Assembly (NCBI GenBank): GCA_963760685.1
Contig: CAVXEA010000003.1
Location: forward strand, 875,781 to 939,780
From: an uncultured Acidobacteriota bacterium
GTDB taxonomy: Bacteria; Acidobacteriota; Vicinamibacteria; Fen-336
DNA: 64,000 nucleotides
Direction of reading: 5' to 3'
Below are positions 1 through 6,933 of the stretch, piece by piece. Within the stretch, counting starts at the first letter, position 1; the number at the start of each line of letters is the position of its first letter. The position numbers and the translations under genes were made by a program. The notes below the pieces were generated by a model. The model had not been told where the DNA came from, did not search any database, and was given only the letters and a program-made list of their open reading frames with translations.

Positions 1-63
1 GGGGGCCGCGGCGGCTTTGGCTTCGCGGACCCCGTCAGCTTCATCCCGTTGTTCGCTTGCCTC

Positions 64-81
64 TATGTCATGCCTGACATA
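64..81. promoter_or_regulatory. Inverted repeat TATGTCA-N4-TGACATA about 12 bp upstream of the toxin-antitoxin start. Candidate autoregulatory operator.
   Basis: Perfect 7-bp arms read directly; sits just 5' of the first TA gene. Confidence 0.4.
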
Positions 82-92
82 CGATAGCCGTT

Positions 93-431
93 GTGAGCCC
101 AAAGGACAAGCCCCTTGCCTGGCTCCACGAAGAAATCAAGAGCCCACCGCTGGGTCAGGCGGCGAGGATTGAGGCAGGCTACCTGCTCCGTGAACTCCAG
201 AGGGGCAGGGGTCTGGGCATGCCTCACTCGCGGCCCATGCCTGGTATTGGGCCGCGGTGTCATGAGTTGAGAGTGACGGACCAACACGAGACTTGGCGGA
301 TCATCTACAGGGTGGATGCCGACGCGATTGTCATCGTCGAGGTATTTGCCAAGAAGACCGCGCAGACGCCGCAGGGTGTGCTGGAGACGTGTCGGAAGAG
401 ACTGAAGGAATACGACGATGCGACCAAGTAA
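93..431 (+). CDS. Type II toxin, RelE/HigB-like (Gp49/DUF891-like killer protein)
   Basis: 112 aa. Its C-terminus (...IVIVEVFAKKTAQTPQGVLETCRKRLKEY) is typical of HigB/RelE-fold toxins. GTG start. Overlaps the downstream HTH gene by 14 nt. Confidence 0.6.
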   Translation: MSPKDKPLAWLHEEIKSPPLGQAARIEAGYLLRELQRGRGLGMPHSRPMPGIGPRCHELRVTDQHETWRIIYRVDADAIVIVEVFAKKTAQTPQGVLETCRKRLKEYDDATK

Positions 432-741
432 GCGGCAGAAGCTTGAGCGGAAGGGTTGGCGAATCGGGAGTGTGCGGGACTTTCTTGGCCTTTCTGATGA
501 AGAGGCGGCGTACGTCGAGCTCCGTCTACGGTTGGCAGACAGCCTGAAGAACAGGCGGACCAGGCGGAACCTCACACAGGCGGCATTTGCCAAGTTGATC
601 CAGTCCAGCCAGTCAAGGGTAGCCAAAATGGAGGGTGGCGATCCATCGGTCTCGCTGGACTTGTTGATTCGGTCCCTGTTGGCCCTCGGCGCATCGAGCC
701 GTGACCTGGCGCGCACCATATCCACGGCTTCAGTTCCCTAG
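418..741 (+). CDS. XRE-family HTH antitoxin (HigA-like)
   Basis: 107 aa with HTH motif RRNLTQAAFAKLIQSSQSRVAKME; toxin-first HigBA arrangement. Confidence 0.6.
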   Translation: MRPSKRQKLERKGWRIGSVRDFLGLSDEEAAYVELRLRLADSLKNRRTRRNLTQAAFAKLIQSSQSRVAKMEGGDPSVSLDLLIRSLLALGASSRDLARTISTASVP

Positions 742-749
742 GTCAAGCG

Positions 750-812
750 AACACCGAGATCAGCTGCGAGGGCCGCGGCCGCTATGACCGACGCGGACCT
801 CGTCAGCTGCAT
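750..812. repeat. REP-like imperfect palindromic element, copy A (AACACCGAGATCAGCTG ... CGTCAGCTGCAT)
   Basis: Internal inverted repeat CAGCTGCGAGG / CCTCGTCAGCTG. Same terminal motifs as copy B at 2730-2787; CGTCAGCTKCAT also occurs at 33-44. Confidence 0.5.
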
Positions 813-893
813 TGATGAGATGGACTCCTCCACCGACTCGATCGGCATCGATGTGCCTGAGTCGGTGCTTGGTAAGCAATGGAGGAGCCCATC

Positions 894-1925
894 ATGCAGA
901 ACGATACTCGTATCGCCGTGGACGTGGCAAAGAGCGTGTTCGAGATCGCAGTGTCGGATCGACCTGGGCATGTCGTCCGCCGGGAACGTCTGCCTCGCGC
1001 CCAGTTCCTGGAGTTCTTCGCCAACAACCCAGCCGCCACCGTGTTCATGGAGGCCTGTGGCTCGGCTCACTTCTGGGGACGCCGGATTCAGGATCTCGGC
1101 CATCGGGTGATCCTCATGCCCCCTCATCACGTCCGTCCCTATATCCGAGGCAACAAGACCGATCGTACCGATGCCAAGGGCATCCTGGAAGCCAGCCGTA
1201 ACGAAGACATTCATCCTGTCCCCGTGAAGACCGTGGCCCAGCAGGTCCTGACCTCGCTCCACCGGATGCGCTCGGCCTGGATGACCGAGCGGACGGCCCG
1301 CCTCAATACCCTGCGGGGGCTGCTGCGCGAGCTGGGCGTCTTCATCCCGGTGGGCGCTCGCCAGGTGGTGCCCGCGGTGTGGGCCCTCCTCGAGGACGCA
1401 GACTCGGACCTGCCCGCTGCCCTACGGCCTCTCTTCGCCGAGGCCTGTCACGAGATTCGCGACATCGAGGCGCGCATCAAGGAGGTCGAGGTCCGCCTGG
1501 AGACGATGGCCAAGGAACTCCCGGTCGTGGGGTACCTCCGCACCATTCCCGGCATCGGGCTTCTCACCGCCACCGCCCTCTGGTGCTTCATCGGAGACAT
1601 CCATCGGTTCCCGACTGGTCGCCACCTGGCCAGCTACCTCGGTCTCACTCCGCGGGAGTTCTCGAGCGGACTCAAACGAAATCTGGGTCGCATCTCCAAG
1701 CGCGGTGACGGCTACCTCCGCACCCTCCTCATCCACGGTGCCCGCTCCGTCCTTCTCCACGCCCGCACCAAGCAGCCGGATCGTCTGCGGGAGTGGGCGA
1801 ACAAGCTCGCTCAGACTCACGTCCACAACAAGGCCGCCGTGGCCGTGGCCAACAAGATGGCCCGCATCGTATGGGCCGTCTGGAGCCGACTCACCCCGTT
1901 CACAGAGATCCAGAAGGCTGCGTAG
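894..1925 (+). CDS. IS110-family transposase (DEDD recombinase; Transposase_20 C-terminal domain)
   Basis: 343 aa. N-terminus TRIAVDVAKSVFEIAV, C-terminus LRTIPGIGLLTATALWCFIGDIHRFPTGRHLASYLGLTPREFSSG ... ISKRGDGYLR. GGAGGAG RBS 6 nt upstream of the ATG. Confidence 0.9.
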   Translation: MQNDTRIAVDVAKSVFEIAVSDRPGHVVRRERLPRAQFLEFFANNPAATVFMEACGSAHFWGRRIQDLGHRVILMPPHHVRPYIRGNKTDRTDAKGILEASRNEDIHPVPVKTVAQQVLTSLHRMRSAWMTERTARLNTLRGLLRELGVFIPVGARQVVPAVWALLEDADSDLPAALRPLFAEACHEIRDIEARIKEVEVRLETMAKELPVVGYLRTIPGIGLLTATALWCFIGDIHRFPTGRHLASYLGLTPREFSSGLKRNLGRISKRGDGYLRTLLIHGARSVLLHARTKQPDRLREWANKLAQTHVHNKAAVAVANKMARIVWAVWSRLTPFTEIQKAA

Positions 1926-2279
1926 ATACGAACGGCCTACGACCACGGCGCATTGATGAAAGGAGTTCTCGCCCAGGGCTGCAAGCGTAAAGTCGCGTGA
2001 CGGCAGAACAGGTCGGACCGGCGCAGGGACAGCCGATAACAACTTGTGGCCTTCGAGGCCGCTGCATCGATTGGCTCCCTGCGCGCGGATTCCGTCATGG
2101 CCCGGAGCCCTCGGGGGCTCCTTCAATGAGGCCGGAGATACGTCTGCAGTCCGCCCCGTTCCCAACACGCGACTCGCTTCCCGCCACGGCTCGACTATGA
2201 AGAAAGCAAACGGCTAGCGATTTCTCACTTGACAGGAGGAGTCCAGATACTCGTTGTTGGACGGCATGTGCTCTCGGTT
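1926..2279 (+). ncRNA. Candidate IS110-family bridge/seek RNA in the 3' non-coding tail
   Basis: Non-coding 350 bp directly downstream of the recombinase, with a strong hairpin GGAGCCC-TCG-GGGGCTCC near 2102-2125. Position matches ncRNAs of IS1111-type elements. Structure not modelled. Confidence 0.35.
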
Positions 2280-2711
2280 TCAATTCGAGCGAGCCTCGCA
2301 AGGGACAATCAGACAGCAAGCGAGCTCCGATTCCTGCCACTCCCCACTGGGCAGCCTGGTGTATGACACGCACCCCTTTTCGTTCGCCACACGTTCGACT
2401 ACCAAGCCCTCCCACCGGATGCGACGCTGCCTAGCAATCGCTTCGACGAATACCACCGGTACACCTCTTGAGGAGTCTTCCACGCGAAGATCGCGCCAAA
2501 TCTCGCGAATCTCCGTAAGTAGTGGCTCCGGAACGGACGCGTCCGTCTGGTACTCGAACCACACATAGCGCGACTCCGCCGATCCGACGACCGCCTGTGC
2601 GGTCACTTCAACAACCCGACCTGACGACAGTGCACGTGGCTTCGCCTGCCGATGATCAGGCAACGTACAACTAAGCGATAAGGCCGTGAAGAGCACGACG
2701 ATCCGTCTCAT
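2280..2711 (-). CDS. Small secreted lipoprotein, hypothetical
   Basis: 143 aa with signal peptide plus lipobox MRRIVVLFTALSLSC. Confidence 0.5.
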   Translation of the reverse strand: MRRIVVLFTALSLSCTLPDHRQAKPRALSSGRVVEVTAQAVVGSAESRYVWFEYQTDASVPEPLLTEIREIWRDLRVEDSSRGVPVVFVEAIARQRRIRWEGLVVERVANEKGCVSYTRLPSGEWQESELACCLIVPCEARSN

Positions 2712-2729
2712 CGGGATTGATGTCCGTCC

Positions 2730-2787
2730 AACACCGAGATCAGCTGGGAACGCGACCGTCGTCGGCCGCGCGTTTCGTCAGCTGCAT
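2730..2787. repeat. REP-like palindromic element, copy B
   Basis: Starts AACACCGAGATCAGCTG and ends CGTCAGCTGCAT, like copy A. Internal repeat CAGCTGGGAACGCG / CGCGTTTCGTCAGCTG. Confidence 0.5.
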
Positions 2788-2841
2788 CTCGTTGTTCTAC
2801 GGCGCGCCCATGATACCCGCTCCACGAGTAGCGTCTCGATC

Positions 2842-3261
2842 CTAGTATGAGCGAATGGTGAAGAAGGATCCGCCCTCGCGAATACACTGGACGCGCCCAG
2901 TGCGGTCGAAGATGACAAGGCCGTCATTGGCGAACCAATGGCTATAGATCCACGCCTCTCCGACAGGCTGAGTCCTGCAGCCCTCTTCGGGCCGGGCCCT
3001 GTCTGCCCACACCTGCCCGTCGATGTCGCGCGTGGAGGGTGGCCCTAGTCGCTGCAGCACCACGGCGCTCGAGTCTGAGCGGGCGATGGCGGCGGCAACG
3101 CCACTTGGTCTACCACCGTACACGGCAAAGCCCACCAGCCCAGCTACGCCGAGGGTAGGGATGACCCAACACGCCAGAACGATGACCCAGAACATCATCC
3201 GAACCGTCGGCCTGGCAGGAGACGGCCTGAGACGTTCGGGTTCGCCGTGCGCCTCTTCCAC
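2842..3261 (-). CDS. Hypothetical small membrane protein
   Basis: 139 aa with one clear TM helix (MMFWVIVLACWVIPTLGVAGLVGFAVY); ORF only. Confidence 0.35.
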   Translation of the reverse strand: MEEAHGEPERLRPSPARPTVRMMFWVIVLACWVIPTLGVAGLVGFAVYGGRPSGVAAAIARSDSSAVVLQRLGPPSTRDIDGQVWADRARPEEGCRTQPVGEAWIYSHWFANDGLVIFDRTGRVQCIREGGSFFTIRSY

Positions 3262-3754
3262 GCGTCGCTCTCAGTTCACACGTCCGTAGAACACGGGATT
3301 AAGCTGCGGCCGCGCGTCCAGTTTGCCGTCGCGCGGCCGTCAGCTCCTGAGAAATGAGTTGTCAAGAGAATACTCTTCCCGCGCGCCCGCGCAATCACTT
3401 GCAACGGGCGAATGTTGACACGTGCGAGAGAGCTCGTCCTGGAGGCATCGGCCCACGCGAATGGTTCGATGAGGGCTGGTCCCACGACGACGTCTGGTAG
3501 CGATCGGCCAACCTCGACCTGCTCGACCTTAAAGCCGTTGGTGCGATCTCCCGCAGTGCGGGCGCGCCAAGCTCCTGACTGGGCCTCTGTGGGCCAAGGC
3601 TTTAGTCGGCACTCCGAGGGGGCATAACCTTCAATCGGGGTCTTCCCGTCGCGTCCAGGTGACCAGCTGACAGCTGGATGCTCTCCCTCGAACCTTTCTC
3701 GAGCAGCAACGGTGGACCTGCTTCCAGACCTCGTCGCCTCACGCCTGAGACTCT

Positions 3755-4753
3755 CTAAGGCTGTTCGACGACCGCGTGCCGCTTCGAGTCGTACACCTCC
3801 TGGTGTTTCCACATCGAGAGCACCGTCGCAGCGATGCGTCGGGCCAGGGTCAATCGCGCCAGAGGCGGCTTGATCCCCTTCTCGATCATTCGCTGGTAGT
3901 GGGCGTGCAGCGGATCGTCGGGCAACTGCGTGATCACCGTCATCGCCGCACCCTTGAACACAGACTTCAACAGAGGCTGGCGTTTCCGGCTCAAGCCGCG
4001 GGTGGACAGGTTCTGTGACCGCTCCAGGCCACCCTTCCTCCCCGGTCTCCAGTCTGCAGACGAGCGCGTGACGATCCCGAGCCCGCAGTAGCTCCAGAAC
4101 TGTTGCCGAGTCCGGAATCGATCGGGCACCGCCACGATCGCGACCACCTGCGCCGTCCGAATGGGACCCAATCCTGGCGCCGTTAGCAGTCTCCGGATGA
4201 TCGGATGCGACTTCGACTCCGTCAGCAGCCAACGCTCCGCTTCGTCTCGTGCAGGCACCACCAGATCCAGTTGCCGCGCCAGAATCTCCGCAAGCTGCCG
4301 GTAGGGGCCACTCAACCTTGCCAGCCATCCATCCCGGCGTTCCGGGTCGTAGACCCCAGCATCCGCGACGATCCCTCGCCCCAGGAACACCGCCTTCAAC
4401 CGATTCTTGGCACGCACCACGTCGGTGACCGCGAAGTTGTACGCGCGCACTGCCGTACGCAGTGCCGCCAGGTGATTCGGTGCCTTGAAGACCCGCGTCT
4501 CCACCGCCCCCACTCGAAGCTCCTCCGCTCGTGCGAACGCGCGCTTGATCCAGGCGACGTAGGCTTTCTCGGTGCGGGGACTGTAGTGGCGAGTCCGAAT
4601 CGCCGCCCGCACTCGATCGAGGAGTCGCACTGGAGCGGGCGGGATGACGCGCGTGACCGACCTGCCGCCGGAACCAAGCTCGGACGAGTCGTCAGGAGGG
4701 ACCGCGAGTCCCGGTCTGTGGCTTGAAGGTGGTTGGGGCCTGCTTTCCCGCAC
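3755..4753 (-). pseudogene. Chimeric or degenerate ORF: tyrosine-recombinase (integron-integrase-like) N-terminal SAM domain fused to an IS110 transposase C-terminal domain; lacks the DEDD catalytic N-terminus
   Basis: N-terminus LLDRVRAAIRTRHYSPRTEKAYVAWIKRAF matches the IntI/Phage_int_SAM_4 motif RxxHYSxRTExAYVxW. C-terminal half (IIRRLLTAPGLGPIRTAQVVAIVAVPDRFRTRQQFWSYCGLGIVTRSSADW) is IS110 Transposase_20. Confidence 0.6.
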
Positions 4754-4943
4754 TTCCTTCCTCCCCTCGACCCCTGAAGGTCCCTGCCTTGGTCCCGCTC
4801 GATGGCCATCGGGGAGAGCGGCTGCCAGCGCCTACCCTAGCCGAAGGCCGGGACAGGGGAGGACCGAATTCTCTTGCCATGGAGGCCGCCGGCAGTTGAA
4901 GGCGTTCAAGCTCGATCCGGTGGAGCTGCGCCAGGTAAGTCAC

Positions 4944-4955
4944 GCCCCGCGGGGC
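4944..4955 (-). terminator. GC palindrome GCCCCGCGGGGC just 3' of alr. Possible terminator hairpin.
   Basis: Perfect 12-bp palindrome 13 nt after the alr stop; no clear U-tract. Confidence 0.25.
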
Positions 4956-4967
4956 GCGCGGGCGGTC

Positions 4968-6110
4968 TCAGGGCTCGTAGAGGCGGGGGACGCGATCGTT
5001 GATGGCGGTCAGCACTTCATAGGGGATCGTTCCCGCCCACGCCGCGAGCTCCTCCACGGTGAGGCGCGCGCCCTGCTGCTCGCCGATGAGGACGACCTCG
5101 TCTCCGTTGTAGCCGGTGCCGTCCTCGATGTTCACCATCATCTGGTCCATGCAGATGGCGCCTACCTGCGCGACCCGCTGGCCGCGAAGGATCACCTGCG
5201 CCCGGTTCGACATGCTGCGGAAGTAGCCGTCGCCGTATCCCACCGGCACGGTCACCACGCGGACGCGATGATCGCTCTTCCAGGTGGAGCCGTAGCTGAC
5301 GGGGCTGCCCGCCTCGACGAGCTTGAAGTAGACGACGCGGGAGATCCAGGACAGCGCGGGGGTGACCTCGACCACGTGGGGAGCGTCCGCGTAGGGGTAG
5401 ACGCCGTACAGCAGGATGCCCGGGCGCACGAGGTCCAGATGGCTCTCGGGCAGACGCAGGATCGCCGCCGAGTTGGCCATGTGTCGCTGGGGCACGGCCA
5501 GGGAGCGTCGCTCGTAGAAACGCAGCACTTCTTCGAAGCGCGTGAGCTGGCGGCGCGCGTCAGCCAGGTCTTCCGCGTCGGCGTTCGCGAAGTGAGAATA
5601 GATCCCCTCCACCTCGACGTGAGGAGAACGGGCGGCGGCCTCCAGCAGGCCCTCCGCGTTGTAGTAGTGGACGCCGATGCGCTCCATGCCGGTGTCGATC
5701 TTGAGGTGAACGCGGGCCCGGACCTTCCGGGCCGCCGCAGCTTCCTCCACGTCGCGCAGTCGAGCCAGCGAAGGCACGGTCTGGGTGAGACCGTGGTCGA
5801 GAAAGAGCGGGATCTGACGCGTCCAGACGCCGCCAAAGACGAGGATGGGGTTCAGGATGCCGAGCCGACGGAGCGCGATCCCCTCTTCGACCAGGGCCAC
5901 GCCGAATGCGTCGGCCAGCGGAGCCAGGGCGCGCGCCACGGCCTCGAGGCCGTGGCCGTAGGCGTTGGCCTTCAGGATCGGCATGACCCGCGCGGGGGCG
6001 ACGTGCCTCTTGACCGCCAGGAGGTTGGCGCGGAGGCGGGAGAGGCGCACCACGGCGTAGGTGGGGCGGAGGCGGGCTTCCTCGGGGGTCAGGGGCGAGG
6101 GGTCGATCAC
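4968..6110 (-). CDS. alr: Alanine racemase
   Basis: 380 aa with PLP motif VMPILKANAYGHG and full-length similarity to Alr. Confidence 0.9.
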   Translation of the reverse strand: MIDPSPLTPEEARLRPTYAVVRLSRLRANLLAVKRHVAPARVMPILKANAYGHGLEAVARALAPLADAFGVALVEEGIALRRLGILNPILVFGGVWTRQIPLFLDHGLTQTVPSLARLRDVEEAAAARKVRARVHLKIDTGMERIGVHYYNAEGLLEAAARSPHVEVEGIYSHFANADAEDLADARRQLTRFEEVLRFYERRSLAVPQRHMANSAAILRLPESHLDLVRPGILLYGVYPYADAPHVVEVTPALSWISRVVYFKLVEAGSPVSYGSTWKSDHRVRVVTVPVGYGDGYFRSMSNRAQVILRGQRVAQVGAICMDQMMVNIEDGTGYNGDEVVLIGEQQGARLTVEELAAWAGTIPYEVLTAINDRVPRLYEP

Positions 6111-6166
6111 GAGCGTATTGTCACCGACGGCGGGTAAACTGCGTGCAAGGAGGTCGGGAGCCCAAC

Positions 6167-6769
6167 ATGGCCCTCCCCGGTGCTGAAGGCTCGGAAAGAC
6201 CTGCGATCGATCGACGAGGGACGCCGTCGTCGGCCTTCCGGATCCGCGACGCCACTCCCGCCGACGCGTCCGCCTTGCTCGAGATCTATCGCCCCTTCGT
6301 CACGGAGACCGCCGTGTCCTTCGAGATGGAGCCACCCTCGGTCGCGGAGTTCGAGGAGCGAATCGAGAAGGCCCTCGGCAAGTGGGCCTGGCTCGTTGCG
6401 GAGAACGACCGCGGTCTCGTGGGCTACGCCTACGCGACTGCTCACCGGCCGCGCGGTGCCTACCGGTGGTCGGTCGAGACCTCGGCCTACCTCGACGGCG
6501 ATCACCGCGGGCAGGGGCTGGGCAAGCGCCTCTACCGGGAGCTGCTGCCGCGGCTGGCCGACCAGGGCTACTGCACCGCCTACGCGGGCATCGCGCTGCC
6601 CAACGAGGCGAGCATCGCCCTTCACCGGTCAGTCGGCTTCACGCCGGTCGGGGTCTTCCGCCGCGCCGGCTGGAAGTTCGGCCGCTGGCACGACGTCTCC
6701 TGGTGGCAGCTCACCTTGGGTGACCAGCCGCCCGAGTCCGACTCCCCTGGCGAGCCCACCAAGGGCTGA
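6167..6769 (+). CDS. GNAT family N-acetyltransferase (phosphinothricin-acetyltransferase-like)
   Basis: Motifs IRDATPADASALLEIY, HRGQGLGKRLY, IALHRSVGF. Start codon uncertain. Confidence 0.75.
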   Translation: MALPGAEGSERPAIDRRGTPSSAFRIRDATPADASALLEIYRPFVTETAVSFEMEPPSVAEFEERIEKALGKWAWLVAENDRGLVGYAYATAHRPRGAYRWSVETSAYLDGDHRGQGLGKRLYRELLPRLADQGYCTAYAGIALPNEASIALHRSVGFTPVGVFRRAGWKFGRWHDVSWWQLTLGDQPPESDSPGEPTKG

Positions 6770-6933
6770 AACGGGAGGGCGCGGCCATCGCATTCCGGAG
6801 ACGAACAGTCGCCTCCCGGTTCCGCACACCTCCCCCTCGAAAGCACCCGTAACCTCCTGACGGGCGGACCCAGCATCCCGTCAGGCATGGCACGGCCGTT
6901 GCTGTCTCTCGCCCGATGGGTGGAGGCCGAGCC

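Larger units (their letters stand above)
813..2279 (+). mobile_element. IS110-family insertion sequence (IS1111-like layout: short 5' flank, long 3' non-coding tail). Boundaries approximate.
   Basis: Intact DEDD transposase with 9-bp inverted repeat CACCGACTC/GAGTCGGTG in the 5' leader (827-863) and a 350-bp 3' non-coding region. The element lies between REP-like copies A and B. Confidence 0.55.

Noticed and set aside
3276-4328. 350-aa minus-strand ORF overlapping the IS110 remnant in another frame
   Set aside because: Ala/Gly/Arg-rich. The alternative frame carries recognisable integrase and transposase motifs.
3755-4753. Possibility that the integrase-like N-terminus marks a functional integron (intI with attI and cassettes)
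   Set aside because: Only about 70 residues of the recombinase are present, with no catalytic domain, and there is no cassette or attC array on the expected side (alr lies there).
4644-6137. 497-aa plus-strand ORF opposite alr
   Set aside because: Antisense to a high-confidence alanine racemase; low-complexity composition.
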